DNA from: Escherichia coli
GTDB lineage: Bacteria > Pseudomonadota > Gammaproteobacteria > Enterobacterales > Enterobacteriaceae
Strand: one strand, 5' to 3'
NCBI RefSeq assembly: GCF_030013205.1
Contig: NZ_CP122648.1
Length of the DNA stretch: 64,000 bases
Positions 48,311 to 58,866 of the stretch are shown here, piece by piece. The notes under the pieces were generated by a model that saw nothing but the letters and a program-made list of their open reading frames with translations, made no database searches and was not told the origin of the DNA. Position 1 is the first letter of the stretch. Each line of letters starts with the position of its first letter. Both the position numbers and the translations under genes were made by a program.

Positions 48311-49135
48311 ATGTCTCAGAACTTAGACGCAACCGCAATTAATCAAATCCATGCCCTTATTTCTGCTCAGGGTGTTAATGAAATTATCAGTAAGATTGGT
48401 GCCGATGCTGTGGCATTGCCTGAGAATTTCCGCATTCATGATCTGGAAAAATTTAATTTAAATCGCTTCCGTTTCCGTGGTGCGCTTTCCACTGCCAGCA
48501 TCGATGACTTTACCCGTTATTCTAAAGATCTTGCAGATGAAGGCACCCGCTGCTTTATCGATGCTGATAATATGCGTGCCGTCAGTGTGCTTAACCTGGG
48601 TACTATTGATGAACCAGGTCACGCAGATAACACCGCCACTCTCAAACTGAAAAAGACAGCACCGTTCTCTGCTCTGTTGTCTGTTAATGGCGAGCGTAAC
48701 TCCCAGAAATCACTGGCAGAATGGATTGAAGACTGGGCCGACTACCTTGTGGGCTTTGATGCTAATGGTGACACCATTCAGGCAACCAAAGCGGCTGCGG
48801 CAGTCCGTAAAATCACAATTGAAGCAAACCAGACCGCTGATTTTGAAGACAATGACTTCAGCGGCAAACGCTCCCTGATGGAGTCTGTCGAAGCGAAAAC
48901 CAAAGACATTATGCCAGTGGCATTTGAATTTAAATGCGTTCCGTTTGAAGGCCTGAAAGAACGTCCGTTTAAATTACGCCTCAGCATTATCACTGGCGAT
49001 CGTCCTGTACTGGTTCTGCGCATTATTCAGCTGGAAGCGATGCAGGAAGAAATGGCTAACGAATTTCGTGATCTGCTTGTTGAGAAATTCAAAGACAGCA
49101 AAGTAGAAACCTTTATTGGTACTTTCACCGCCTGA
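48311..49135 (+). CDS. DUF2303 protein (CPS-53 YfdQ-like)
   Basis: 274 aa, the same length and gene order (before the YfdR homologue) as K-12 yfdQ. Recalled, not searched. Confidence 0.7.
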   Translation: MSQNLDATAINQIHALISAQGVNEIISKIGADAVALPENFRIHDLEKFNLNRFRFRGALSTASIDDFTRYSKDLADEGTRCFIDADNMRAVSVLNLGTIDEPGHADNTATLKLKKTAPFSALLSVNGERNSQKSLAEWIEDWADYLVGFDANGDTIQATKAAAAVRKITIEANQTADFEDNDFSGKRSLMESVEAKTKDIMPVAFEFKCVPFEGLKERPFKLRLSIITGDRPVLVLRIIQLEAMQEEMANEFRDLLVEKFKDSKVETFIGTFTA

Positions 49136-49263
49136 TTTCATTACTGCAAATGCCCCTGCGGGGGCATTTATGGAAACGTAATTAACTCAATAATCACCGG
49201 ATGGTGAGAGCTTCCTTTTAGCAGAATTCAGCGCGGTGCAGCGCATATAAAGTGGAGAACTAA

Positions 49264-49800
49264 ATGTCATTTATTAAAACTTTTTCCGGGAAGCATTTTT
49301 ATTATGACAAGATAAATAAAGACGACATCGTGATTAACGATATCGCAGTTTCCCTTTCAAATATCTGTCGCTTTGCAGGACATCTTTCACACTTCTACAG
49401 TGTCGCCCAGCATGCGGTGCTTTGCAGCCAGCTGGTGCCGCAGGAATTTGCTTTTGAAGCGTTAATGCATGATGCAACAGAAGCATATTGCCAGGACATC
49501 CCAGCGCCACTGAAACGACTTCTTCCTGACTATAAACGGATGGAAGAAAAAATAGACGCCGTAATCCGTGAGAAATACGGGTTACCCCCGGTTATGAGCA
49601 CGCCTGTGAAATATCCCGATCTCATCATGCTCGCAACCGAACGCCGTGATCTCGGGCTTGATGATGGCTCTTTCTGGCCTGTACTGGAAGGTATCCCGGC
49701 AACAGAGATGTTCAAAGTTATTCCACAGTCGCCAGGCCATGCCTACGGGATGTTTATGGAACGCTTTAACGAGTTATCGGAGTTACGCAAATGCGCATGA
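49264..49800 (+). CDS. HD-domain 5'-deoxynucleotidase (YfdR-like)
   Basis: 178 aa, MSFIKTFSGKHFYYDKINKDDIVINDIAVSLSNICRFAGH..VAQHAVLCS..LMHDATEAY, matches K-12 YfdR as I recall it. H..HD motifs are present. Confidence 0.8.
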   Translation: MSFIKTFSGKHFYYDKINKDDIVINDIAVSLSNICRFAGHLSHFYSVAQHAVLCSQLVPQEFAFEALMHDATEAYCQDIPAPLKRLLPDYKRMEEKIDAVIREKYGLPPVMSTPVKYPDLIMLATERRDLGLDDGSFWPVLEGIPATEMFKVIPQSPGHAYGMFMERFNELSELRKCA

Positions 49801-49834
49801 GTCTTTCAACTGCACAACCATTGGAGGGGTAGCA

Positions 49835-50029
49835 ATGAACAACTTAATGACAACTAAACAGGTCGCCGACTTCTGTGGTGTTTCAATATCAACAGTGCTT
49901 CGCTGGAACAGCATAAACCATAGAACAGGTAAGAAATATAGACCAGACTTTCCTGATCCTGATATAAAATCCTGTCCCAATAAATGGGCATCACACAAGA
50001 TTTATAGGTTTGCGGGTATTATCGAATAA
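49835..50029 (+). CDS. AlpA/excisionase-type small HTH protein
   Basis: GGAGG RBS then ATG at 49835, giving MNNLMTTKQVADFCGVSISTVLRWNS.. (64 aa). This is the MerR-like HTH typical of Xis/AlpA. Confidence 0.65.
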   Translation: MNNLMTTKQVADFCGVSISTVLRWNSINHRTGKKYRPDFPDPDIKSCPNKWASHKIYRFAGIIE

Positions 50030-50761
50030 CATTTATTTGTTTCGATGTTAGCTGACACATCTATGGCACAGAGCAAAACCGAATATGATTGTCCACTCTG
50101 TGCTAGTAGAAAACATAGATATCAACTATCCGTACCAATCTGTGAGTATAGAATAAATTAATCTGCTCGCAACTAATAGCCTCTAACAGCCAATACAGTG
50201 CCACCGATGATACAAAAAACAATACTCCAAAAAGCGTCTGGTATTGGATTGTCATTACTAGCTTCCGAGGTGAGATATGCATTAAGCCAGGTGCGCTGGA
50301 AAAGTTATGTTTCCCTAATGGAATTGCCCATGACTCAACATATTTTTTCTCTGTTGCTAGCGAATAGACCTAAAATGATAAGCACCATTAACATCAACAG
50401 CGCCCCCTTGAGCTCTTCTTTTCGGTGAAAAGCCCATCATCAACGGCGCATTGCCTAACCCGAATTCTAGCCACCTTAGCCAGTATTTACCCCCTAGATA
50501 CCAAATGCTTACCCCTCTATTTGCTCTGATAATACTTTATTGCATAATCCCTCACTACATTAGACACTGCGTCAATCCTGCCTTCTATAGCTTGTTTTAA
50601 CGCTTTCGGCACATTCCTCTGAACCAGCCCAAGATATGGCTGTTAAATTTTTACTTACATTCAAAAAAACTTTAACTTTTGCAATCAGATCATATGATGT
50701 TGTTAATGGTAATATTCTGAATCTAAAATGACTTAAGAGTTCGTAGGTTAGAGGGACATGT

Positions 50762-51781
50762 ATGACTTCTGAAAGCAACAGAATTGGGAAGATGGGTGTA
50801 AACTACATAGAAGGTGTATTGACAAGATGGGGATGGGGATATCAATCAATTTCGCAAGAAAATGATGATGGGTTTGATGGCTTAATATATATAAGATCTA
50901 AACGATTTGAGGCGAAAGATAAAGAAAACCGGAGTAAACAATCTTGGGAGTTCACTGGTGGGTTGATTCATGTACAAGTAAAAAGTGGAGATACATACAT
51001 TAGTAGTCGTAATAAAGATGAAATAAGGATCAAAATAAAAAACCTCAATGAAAAGAAGAAAATATGGTCTAGATCGTCTATTCTATGCATACTTGTATTT
51101 GTTTTTTGGGATCATAATGAAGTTGAGTATTCCTACTGGGCTGATCTTAAATCTGAATTAACTTATTGTGATAACAGTAGTACGCTAATAAAAATCCCCT
51201 TAAAAAATAGATTTATGAGATCCCAAGAGTGTAAGGGGCCTTTAAGACGACTTGCAAGGGTATCGGCCAACTATGCAGATAAGCCGCTGATAGATTTATC
51301 AAAATTTGACTCATTAAGTGGTAAGCTACCTACAAGTCTAAACAGTAACCTAAATTGTTCTTTGAAAAAGAAAGGTATTGAATTCTATCAGAAATGGCGA
51401 TTAATTGGGGCTACAAACCCTTATTTTGGTCCTGTTCTAATAAACAGAACTGGTTGGAGTCATATAACTCGACGAAATCGCCCAATAGCAAGAATTGAAG
51501 CAAGCTTTAATTTGTTACCTTTAGCAGCAAGAATTATAAATGATGTATCTACATGGCGAATGTTAACACCCGTACGACGGTATGATAATAGAAAGGATGG
51601 TTATGTTTGCTTTATAGATTTCGTTGGGTTAACAGCCAAAGTGAATTTAAAGAATCGCAACTCATCAGAAGTTATGGTTGTGTTAAAAAGGGAGAGGAGG
51701 TATAAACAGGGTGAAGACTGTTCCTCTGCGAAAACAAGATTATGGTTTTACACTGTTTATGAACCTGGAAGAGGAAAATAA
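50762..51781 (+). CDS. DUF4365-like (PD-(D/E)xK nuclease fold) N-terminal domain protein with unknown C-terminal domain
   Basis: 339 aa and AT-rich. The N-terminus ..IGKMGVNYIEGVLTRWGWGYQSISQENDDGFDGLIYI..(27 aa)..GGLIHVQVKSGDTYI fits the G..E....GW.....DDG.DG....VQVKS pattern. Confidence 0.6.
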   Translation: MTSESNRIGKMGVNYIEGVLTRWGWGYQSISQENDDGFDGLIYIRSKRFEAKDKENRSKQSWEFTGGLIHVQVKSGDTYISSRNKDEIRIKIKNLNEKKKIWSRSSILCILVFVFWDHNEVEYSYWADLKSELTYCDNSSTLIKIPLKNRFMRSQECKGPLRRLARVSANYADKPLIDLSKFDSLSGKLPTSLNSNLNCSLKKKGIEFYQKWRLIGATNPYFGPVLINRTGWSHITRRNRPIARIEASFNLLPLAARIINDVSTWRMLTPVRRYDNRKDGYVCFIDFVGLTAKVNLKNRNSSEVMVVLKRERRYKQGEDCSSAKTRLWFYTVYEPGRGK

Positions 51782-52052
51782 ATTGAGGCGGTACAATCGC
51801 GCTCAGGCTGTCCCAGACGTGATGCATAACACCACCGGTTCCAGAATTTAAGGATCTGGACCTTCAATTATGCGTGTACCGCCTTATGCAACAATACTAT
51901 AAAATTATTAAACGTCAAGATGTTCAATAAGATTTGGGCTTTCATGCCACAACACGAAAGTTCATTTTATAACGTCTAAAGCTTTCACAATGTCCGCTTT
52001 TCGCAGCTCAAAGCGGACAGTCATATTTGATTGTATTCTGGCTACTGGAGCC

Positions 52053-53276
52053 TCAGTTAGAGTCTGAGATAGTACAAGTAATGATCGATTCAACTCTCTC
52101 CCACCATGCCTGGTAGGCTTTACGCTGTTCTTCTAGATAATCGCTCTTATCATAAACTTGCCATACCCCTGGCAGTTTATGGCCGAGCATTATTTCTGCA
52201 ATATGAGGCGCAGTAAGATCAGAAAAGTTTGTTCGTGCTGTTCGCCTCAAATCATGAAGAGACCAATGAGGGAATTGATACCCCAAACGCCGCCATGCGT
52301 ACTGCATTAAATTGTAAGGCAGCGACTGCAATGATGTTCGTCCAACGGGTTCCCTGCTTCCTTCCTTAGTAAAAAGCATATCGGAACCATTGTTCATAGA
52401 GATAACGTACTTTATAAGCTCTTCAACCGGTTCAATAATGGGGCGCTTTAGCGGTTCGCCTGTTATATCCCCTGTCTTATGTCGTTCTGGCGGTACAGTC
52501 CATACCTTATTAATGAAATCAAAATCATCCACCCTAGCGGTAATTAGCTCTGAACTACGGCAGCCAAAATGCAGCAATAGTTTAATGAAGGCCCGGTATT
52601 TAGGAACCATTCGAGAACCATCGATCGCAGCATAAAGGATTTTAATTTCATCATGTGTCAGAAACCGTTTCTTCTGACCTTTACGGATATCCATATCTTT
52701 ACCCGTGATATCCGACAGCGGGCGGGTTTCAATGAGCTTTCTCTTATAGGCCCAGACATGGGCCTGCTTTGCGTTAATTAGCAATCGGTCTGCTATTGCT
52801 GGAGTCTTAGTGCTAAGAGGCTCTAAGACTTCTAACCAATCATGCAATGTAGCTGCATCGTGAGGGATACTCCCGATTTTAGAGAACAGGTGCAGCTCAA
52901 ACGAGCGGAGTATCTGTTCAGAACCTTTTTTATTTTTTACACAATATGCTTCATACCAGGCACGGATCACAGACTCTACCGTCATGGCTTCAGTAGCTTT
53001 TCGTTTTTCAGCCTGCTTGACCAATCGTGGATTACGGTTTGACTCGAGTTCACCACGAAGACGGAGAACTTCTTCTCTGGCCTCTTTTAATCCAGTTGCC
53101 GGGTAAGTTCCGATATCAAGACGCTCACCTTTCCCTGCCCATTGATAACGATATTGGAACACTACGCGACCTTTCGGTGATACTCTGACAGACAGACCAT
53201 CACGATCGGATTTAACCAAAACCTTATCACGTTCCTTTCCAACGACTGAACGCAACCACGCATCAGACAGCGCCAT
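52053..53276 (-). CDS. int: Tyrosine integrase, P4-type (DUF4102 N-terminal arm-binding domain)
   Basis: 407 aa, MALSDAWLRSVVGKERDKVLVKSDRDGLSVRVSPKGRVVFQYRYQWAGK..DIGTYPATGLKEAREE... The catalytic ..HDLRRTARTNF..MLGHK..VYDKSDY has R, HxxR and Y. Confidence 0.92.
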   Translation of the reverse strand: MALSDAWLRSVVGKERDKVLVKSDRDGLSVRVSPKGRVVFQYRYQWAGKGERLDIGTYPATGLKEAREEVLRLRGELESNRNPRLVKQAEKRKATEAMTVESVIRAWYEAYCVKNKKGSEQILRSFELHLFSKIGSIPHDAATLHDWLEVLEPLSTKTPAIADRLLINAKQAHVWAYKRKLIETRPLSDITGKDMDIRKGQKKRFLTHDEIKILYAAIDGSRMVPKYRAFIKLLLHFGCRSSELITARVDDFDFINKVWTVPPERHKTGDITGEPLKRPIIEPVEELIKYVISMNNGSDMLFTKEGSREPVGRTSLQSLPYNLMQYAWRRLGYQFPHWSLHDLRRTARTNFSDLTAPHIAEIMLGHKLPGVWQVYDKSDYLEEQRKAYQAWWERVESIITCTISDSN

Positions 53277-53285
53277 TACTCACCT

Positions 53286-53342
53286 TGTACAAATCGCAAA
53301 ACACCTCTGCTGCTTTGTACATTATGTACAAGTATATGTACA
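53286..53342. repeat. Cluster of four TGTACA-core sites (candidate arm-type sites, int-proximal end)
   Basis: TGTACA at 53286, 53316, 53325 and 53337, between the int start and the att core. Confidence 0.45.
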
Positions 53343-53496
53343 GATTTTTGATGAAAGCAAGCTGATCGATTTAAAGTTACATGAAAGAATTTTCAATTAA
53401 AGAAGCCACATAACCAAATGTATTTAAATGAGTTATATAGCTCAACCTCAATTAACTGAAAGGATTTTGAAAGAGTAAAAGAGCTTTAATTTGGGC

Positions 53497-53571
53497 TTAA
53501 TTATTGGGGTGAGAAATAATGGCAAAAGTGCGGCGCTTCGCCACCTCTTGCAAATAAGGAGACAACGTCAT
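53497..53571 (-). pseudogene. prfC: Orphaned native 5' end of prfC
   Basis: The minus strand reads ATG ACG TTG TCT CCT TAT TTG CAA GAG GTG GCG AAG CGC CGC ACT TTT GCC ATT ATT TCT CAC CCC AAT AAT TAA. This encodes [22 protein letters not shown] (the K-12 RF3 N-terminus), then NN and a stop at the junction. Confidence 0.88.
53507..53520. repeat. att core copy 2
   Basis: GGGTGAGAAATAAT is identical to 28666-28679. Similarity continues imperfectly on the prfC side. Confidence 0.7.
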
Positions 53572-53661
53572 AATTCTTTCTTCTTGAGTAAGCGGCATCG
53601 CGCCGCGCTTGTTGAAAACGAAAAATTGCGGCTATTTTACCCATCAACGGGGGGGAGGCAA

Positions 53662-54339
53662 TCAGTGTTTACACAGGAGCTGCTCCAGTTCGTGCAACGA
53701 TGAAACGGTCCAGGTGGGCGCGATGCCTTCTGGTTGCTCGCGATGGTGCGCATTCAGCCAGCAGGTCGCAAGCCCGGCGTTGATGCCACCGAGAATATCG
53801 GACTCAGCAGTGTCGCCAACCATCAGCACGCGTGAACGGTCAGGATTGCCCGCCTGTTCCAGCGCATAATCGAAAATTTTCTTATTCGGTTTAGCAACGC
53901 CAACTTCTTCGGAAATCACCAGCAAATCGAAGTAATCACGCAGGCCCGTACGTTCCAGACGCACTTGCTGCAAGGCGCTAAAGCCGTTGGTGATGATGCC
54001 GATTTTGGCGTTGCCACGAATGGAGTTAAGCAGAGAAACCGCGCCCGGCAGCGGCGTACAGATTTCCGCCATCGCATTAATAAAGGCTTCGTTGAGTTTA
54101 CCCGGCTCGACGTTCAGCCGTTCGGCCCAGCTCTCAAACCGCCCGTGCTGAAGCTGTAATGAAGTGATCGCGCCGTTTTGATAATCCACCCACAGTGGCT
54201 TGTTAACGGCCTGATAGTCCTGAAAATCTTCAGCGGTAAAGGTGACGCTGTAATCAAGAAACATCCGCTGCAGGCCGGTGAATGAGTCAAAGGTAAACAG
54301 CGTTTCATCGGCATCAAAGAAAATCCAGTCCCACTTCAT
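53662..54339 (-). CDS. yjjG: Pyrimidine 5'-nucleotidase YjjG (HAD family)
   Basis: 225 aa, [56 protein letters not shown]... Confidence 0.95.
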   Translation of the reverse strand: MKWDWIFFDADETLFTFDSFTGLQRMFLDYSVTFTAEDFQDYQAVNKPLWVDYQNGAITSLQLQHGRFESWAERLNVEPGKLNEAFINAMAEICTPLPGAVSLLNSIRGNAKIGIITNGFSALQQVRLERTGLRDYFDLLVISEEVGVAKPNKKIFDYALEQAGNPDRSRVLMVGDTAESDILGGINAGLATCWLNAHHREQPEGIAPTWTVSSLHELEQLLCKH

Positions 54340-54353
54340 TATTCCACCTTGTA

Positions 54354-54800
54354 TTACATACTGATTGGCAACGCCATGATGATGGCGTCTTCGCGACCGT
54401 CCGTGGTGGGGTAGTAATTGCGGCGAATCGTCGCCTCGTTAAAGCCTAAACTTTCGTACAGGGCAATGGCGGCAGCGTTTGAGGCACGGACTTCCAGCCA
54501 TAGCGTCGCCACACCGCGTTTTTCCAGTTCGTCGATCAGATGTTCCAGCAGCGCCCTTCCCAATCCCTGACGCTGATAGTCGGGATCGACCGCAATATTG
54601 AACAATGTAGCTTCATCCAGCACCACTTGCGTAATCGCAAACGCCGCCATTTTGCCGTTTTGCGTTAACTGAAAGTTGAGATAACGCTCGCCCTGGTTGC
54701 TGGCAAAGGTTTTTTCACTCCACGGAAAGGCGTGGGCGCGTTGTTCAATGTGGTAAGCCGCCGGTAAATCAGTCGTTTCGAGGGAAGAAATCGTGTTCAT
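54354..54800 (-). CDS. rimI: Ribosomal protein S18 alanine N-acetyltransferase
   Basis: 148 aa, [32 protein letters not shown]... Has the GNAT motif [10 protein letters not shown]. Confidence 0.95.
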   Translation of the reverse strand: MNTISSLETTDLPAAYHIEQRAHAFPWSEKTFASNQGERYLNFQLTQNGKMAAFAITQVVLDEATLFNIAVDPDYQRQGLGRALLEHLIDELEKRGVATLWLEVRASNAAAIALYESLGFNEATIRRNYYPTTDGREDAIIMALPISM

Positions 54801-55182
54801 ATGTGCAAATTTGTTGCCATAACGCGGCGCGTGCCGTTGGGTTTGCCCGTAATTCGGTGAGCGCCGGTGATGCCACCTGAGCGCCTTCCAGTGATAGCGG
54901 TTCGTCAGTACCCAACCGCCAGCTGTTGCAGCGACTGCCTTGCGGCAGCATCGCGATTTTTTCTGGCGTCAGTTGCAGCACCTGGTCGGGGCTGACGGTT
55001 AATGCGCGCAGAACATCGCTCACTAAAGGATCAGTCAGGGCGGGAAGATCGTTTGCCACCATCACCAGACGGACGTGTGCCGGGATCGCAATGGCAATCT
55101 CCCCCTGCAACGCGCCAGGGCGACGCAGCGACCACTGGGTAATGCCCAGTTGCTGTAACTGCCAGTCTCGTCGGGATGTCAT
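54769..55182 (-). CDS. holD: DNA polymerase III psi subunit
   Basis: 137 aa, MTSRRDWQLQQLGITQWSLRRPGALQGEIAIAIPAHVRLVMVAN... Overlaps rimI as in K-12. Confidence 0.95.
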   Translation of the reverse strand: MTSRRDWQLQQLGITQWSLRRPGALQGEIAIAIPAHVRLVMVANDLPALTDPLVSDVLRALTVSPDQVLQLTPEKIAMLPQGSRCNSWRLGTDEPLSLEGAQVASPALTELRANPTARAALWQQICTYEHDFFPRND

Positions 55183-55284
55183 AGCGAATCGCTCCTGTTG
55201 TCAGGGGCGCAAATATAGCAAATTCGTCGATACCGCGCCAACATATGGCTATAATCGCCGCCAGTATCAATTGAGGAGCATTCC

Positions 55285-56316
55285 ATGTCTGCATTTACCC
55301 CGGCAAGTGAAGTCTTGCTGCGTCACAGTGATGATTTCGAACAAAGCCGTATTCTGTTTGCCGGAGACTTACAGGATGACCTGCCCGCGCGTTTAGATAC
55401 CGCGGCCAGCCGTGCTCATACCCAGCAATTCCACCACTGGCAGGTGTTAAGCCGCCAGATGGGGGATAACGCCCGTTTTAGTCTGGTCGCCACGGCGGAT
55501 GACGTCGCAGATTGCGATACGCTGATTTACTACTGGCCGAAGAACAAACCGGAAGCCCAGTTCCAGTTGATGAATTTACTTTCTCTGCTGCCAGTGGGGA
55601 CAGATATTTTTGTCGTTGGCGAGAACCGCAGCGGCGTGCGCAGCGCCGAGCAGATGCTGGCAGATTATGCGCCGTTGAATAAAGTCGACAGCGCTCGTCG
55701 CTGTGGCCTCTATTTTGGTCGTCTGGAAAAACAGCCGGTATTTGATGCCGATAAATTCTGGGGCGAATACAGCGTCGATGGCCTGACGGTCAAAACGCTG
55801 CCTGGCGTGTTTAGCCGCGACGGTCTGGATGTCGGTAGCCAGTTGCTGCTCTCGACGTTAACTCCGCACACGAAAGGTAAAGTGCTGGATGTCGGCTGTG
55901 GCGCGGGTGTGCTTTCAGTTGCCTTTGCGCGCCATTCGCCGAAAATCCGTCTCACCTTGTGCGATGTCTCTGCCCCGGCGGTAGAAGCCAGCCGCGCGAC
56001 GCTTGCGGCCAACGGTGTTGAAGGTGAAGTCTTTGCCAGCAACGTCTTTTCCGAGGTGAAAGGTCGTTTTGATATGATCATCTCCAACCCGCCGTTCCAC
56101 GATGGGATGCAAACCAGCCTGGATGCGGCGCAAACGCTGATTCGCGGTGCGGTGCGTCATCTTAATAGCGGCGGCGAGCTGCGAATTGTAGCGAACGCCT
56201 TCCTGCCTTATCCGGACGTGCTGGATGAGACATTTGGCTTCCATGAAGTTATCGCGCAAACCGGGCGTTTCAAGGTGTATCGCGCCATTATGACCCGCCA
56301 GGCGAAGAAAGGTTAA
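55285..56316 (+). CDS. rsmC: 16S rRNA m2G1207 methyltransferase
   Basis: 343 aa, [37 protein letters not shown]... Has the SAM motifs [12 protein letters not shown] and NPPFH. Confidence 0.95.
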   Translation: MSAFTPASEVLLRHSDDFEQSRILFAGDLQDDLPARLDTAASRAHTQQFHHWQVLSRQMGDNARFSLVATADDVADCDTLIYYWPKNKPEAQFQLMNLLSLLPVGTDIFVVGENRSGVRSAEQMLADYAPLNKVDSARRCGLYFGRLEKQPVFDADKFWGEYSVDGLTVKTLPGVFSRDGLDVGSQLLLSTLTPHTKGKVLDVGCGAGVLSVAFARHSPKIRLTLCDVSAPAVEASRATLAANGVEGEVFASNVFSEVKGRFDMIISNPPFHDGMQTSLDAAQTLIRGAVRHLNSGGELRIVANAFLPYPDVLDETFGFHEVIAQTGRFKVYRAIMTRQAKKG

Positions 56317-56334
56317 TTATCTCGCCGAATACCG

Positions 56335-56481
<147 letters not shown>

Positions 56482-56555
56482 AAACTACCAAACCTGCACG
56501 TTAGTTTCCTGATGGACATTTTTTCAGCAATTACACCTCCGGCGATAATTAACTA

Positions 56556-56583
56556 TTGACGAAAAGCTGAAAACCACTAGAAT
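56556..56583 (+). promoter_or_regulatory. leuV operon promoter
   Basis: TTGACG -35, 16-nt spacer, TAGAAT -10 and the GC-rich discriminator GCGCCTCC, about 40 bp upstream of the first tRNA-Leu. Confidence 0.6.
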
Positions 56584-56624
56584 GCGCCTCCGTGGTAGCA
56601 ATTCTTTTTAAGAATTGATGGTAT

Positions 56625-56711
56625 GCGAAGGTGGCGGAATTGGTAGACGCGCTAGCTTCAGGTGTTAGTGTCCTTACGGACGTGGGGGTTCAAGTCCCCC
56701 CCCTCGCACCA
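56625..56711 (+). tRNA. leuV: tRNA-Leu (CAG)
   Basis: 87 nt, GCGAAGGTGGCGGAATTGGTAGACGCGCTAGCTTCAGGTGTTAGTGTCCTTACGGACGTGGGGGTTCAAGTCCCCCCCCTCGCACCA. First of three tandem copies. Confidence 0.97.
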
Positions 56712-56739
56712 AAAACCACGTTGATATTGCTCGCACTGG

Positions 56740-56826
56740 GCGAAGGTGGCGGAATTGGTAGACGCGCTAGCTTCAGGTGTTAGTGTTCTTACGGACGTGG
56801 GGGTTCAAGTCCCCCCCCTCGCACCA
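56740..56826 (+). tRNA. leuP: tRNA-Leu (CAG)
   Basis: 87 nt. Identical to its neighbours except T for C at 56787 in the variable-arm stem, which changes a C-G pair to a U-G wobble. Confidence 0.97.
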
Positions 56827-56860
56827 AACGAGGCGATATCAAAAAAAGTAAGATGACTGT

Positions 56861-56947
56861 GCGAAGGTGGCGGAATTGGTAGACGCGCTAGCTTCAGGTG
56901 TTAGTGTCCTTACGGACGTGGGGGTTCAAGTCCCCCCCCTCGCACCA
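56861..56947 (+). tRNA. leuQ: tRNA-Leu (CAG)
   Basis: 87 nt, identical to the first copy. Confidence 0.97.
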
Positions 56948-56985
56948 ATTATCTTTACTTCCTTTCTTGTTTCTTCCTTGATTTT

Positions 56986-57222
56986 TCATCCCTGATTCAA
57001 ATTCATTATCATCAGCATGATGGCAGCAATAAGCGCCAGGCACGATGGTAGCAAAACGTAATGCCGTAACTGTTTGTGATACAGCATCACCGGCGTCAAT
57101 ACTAATCCCATCAGAATGACAATCCGCCACTGATCCGGCGATAAATCCGCATACATCAGCCCTGCAATCAGCAATCCCGGCAGCAACACTCCCCAGCCAC
57201 TGCCCAGCGTACGTTGCAACAT
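56986..57222 (-). CDS. yjjZ: Small inner-membrane protein YjjZ
   Basis: ATG at 57222 gives MLQRTLGSGWGVLLPGLLIAGLMYADLSPDQWRIVILMGLVLTPVMLYHKQLRHYVLLPSCLALIAAIMLMIMNLNQG (78 aa). Confidence 0.8.
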   Translation of the reverse strand: MLQRTLGSGWGVLLPGLLIAGLMYADLSPDQWRIVILMGLVLTPVMLYHKQLRHYVLLPSCLALIAAIMLMIMNLNQG

Positions 57223-57240
57223 GGTTTCATCTCTTTCATT

Positions 57241-57259
57241 GATAATGATAACCAATATC
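57241..57259. promoter_or_regulatory. Fur box (yjjZ/fhuF divergent region)
   Basis: GATAATGATAACCAATATC matches the Fur consensus GATAATGATAATCATTATC at 17/19. A further AATCATTATCATT lies at 57332-57344, near the fhuF start. Confidence 0.65.
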
Positions 57260-57362
57260 ATATGATAATTTTTATCATTTGCAAGCCAGAGAAATCCCTT
57301 GCTATCGGGTAAACCTATCGCTAGGATTAGCAATCATTATCATTTAGATTACTATCACGATT

Positions 57363-58151
57363 ATGGCCTATCGTTCCGCACCGCTCTATGAAGATATCAT
57401 CTGGCGAACGCATCTCCAGCCACAGGATGCTGGGCTTGCACAAGCCGTACGTGCGACGATCGCCGAACATCGTGAACATTTGCTGGAGTTTATCCGCCTG
57501 GATGAACCCGCTCCGCTTAACGCCATGACGCTGGCGCAATGGTCATCACCGAATGCGCTAAGTTCTCTACTCGCGGTCTATTCCGATCATATCTATCGCA
57601 ACCAACCAACGATGATCCGCGAGAACAAACCGCTGATCTCACTATGGGCACAATGGTATATCGGCCTGATGGTGCCACCATTAATGCTGGCGCTACTGAC
57701 GCAGGAAAAAGCATTAGATGTGTCGCCGGAACATTTCCATGCTGAGTTTCACGAAACCGGCCGTGCCGCCTGTTTCTGGGTCGATGTGTGTGACGATAAA
57801 AACGCAACACCACATTCGCCGCAGCAGCGAATGGAAACGTTAATCAGCCAGGCGCTGGTTCCGGTTGTGCAGGCACTAGAAGCGACCGGAGAGATCAACG
57901 GCAAACTTATCTGGAGTAATACCGGTTATTTGATCAACTGGTATCTCACTGAGATGAAGCAACTGCTCGGCGAGGCGACGGTTGAATCGCTGCGCCATGC
58001 CATCTTTTTTGAGAAAACGCTCACGAACGGTGAAGATAATCCACTCTGGCGTACCGTGGTACTGCGCGACGGCCTGCTGGTGCGCCGCACTTGCTGCCAG
58101 CGTTATCGCTTACCGGATGTGCAGCAATGTGGCGATTGTACGCTGAAATGA
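57363..58151 (+). CDS. fhuF: Ferric-siderophore reductase FhuF (2Fe-2S)
   Basis: 262 aa, MAYRSAPLYEDIIWRTHLQPQDAGLAQAV... Has the C-terminal Cys cluster CCQRYRLPDVQQCGDCTLK. Confidence 0.95.
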   Translation: MAYRSAPLYEDIIWRTHLQPQDAGLAQAVRATIAEHREHLLEFIRLDEPAPLNAMTLAQWSSPNALSSLLAVYSDHIYRNQPTMIRENKPLISLWAQWYIGLMVPPLMLALLTQEKALDVSPEHFHAEFHETGRAACFWVDVCDDKNATPHSPQQRMETLISQALVPVVQALEATGEINGKLIWSNTGYLINWYLTEMKQLLGEATVESLRHAIFFEKTLTNGEDNPLWRTVVLRDGLLVRRTCCQRYRLPDVQQCGDCTLK

Positions 58152-58188
58152 AAGCACTGCCGGGGAAGTAAACCCGGCATCATGCGGA

Positions 58189-58866
58189 TTAATAGGGATG
58201 CAACACATTACTTGCTTCGCAATGCCGCATACATAACAGAATATCTGCGGCCTCCAACAATCCTGCATCAGAACTGACGCCCAGTTTCGACATCACATTA
58301 AATTTATGCGCGCGGATCGTTTTGATATTGCGTTTAAGCTGCTCGGCAATTTGTGTCATTGAGTAGCCACGCGACATAAAGCGCAATATTTCTCTCTCCG
58401 TCGGGCTTAGCGTCCGGCTTTGGTTAATGTACCACTGATTGTTCAGTCGGTCGGTCGCCTGACGTACACCATTTAATGACAAAAAGAGTTCCTGATGAAA
58501 AATCTCCAGCGTTGACGCTTTACTTAATACACCGTCCAGCGGTGATGGCGACAATGAACCAATCAGCCGAGCTTCAATATCATCATCCGCAATAACTAAA
58601 CGCCGGGTACGCGGAAACTTAATCGCCAGTTCAGTCAGGCAAGATAATCCCTCTCTGCGCTCACTTCTCATGGCAGAAAAAGAAAAAATGACCGCCGCAA
58701 ACGAGATCCGCGACATGGCATCCTGAAATGACTCCTGACTGGTATAGGTATGGAGCTTATAAGGGTTGCCCGCAAACTTTCTGAATAAACTCTCAATACC
58801 GATACTACTCATGACGCATTTTTCTATGAGTGCGACATTTCTCTTCTTAATTCGGCTGTGTTCCAT
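58189..58866 (-). CDS. bglJ: LuxR-type regulator BglJ
   Basis: 225 aa, [31 protein letters not shown]... Has the C-terminal Lux[29 protein letters not shown]. Confidence 0.9.

Noticed and set aside
50100-50450. Small hydrophobic minus-strand reading frames. Examples are MLMVLIILGLFASNREKIC, a 59-codon MHISPRKLVMTIQYQTLFGVLFFVSSVALYWLLEAIS.., and a start-less ..NDNPIPDAFWSIVFCIIGGTVLAVRGY tail. They hint at a type I toxin or a decayed membrane protein.
   Set aside because: The frames are mutually inconsistent and interrupted by stops. No convincing SD or start is present, and I could not reconstruct a single gene. Most likely this is debris in the gene-poor xis-to-cargo spacer.
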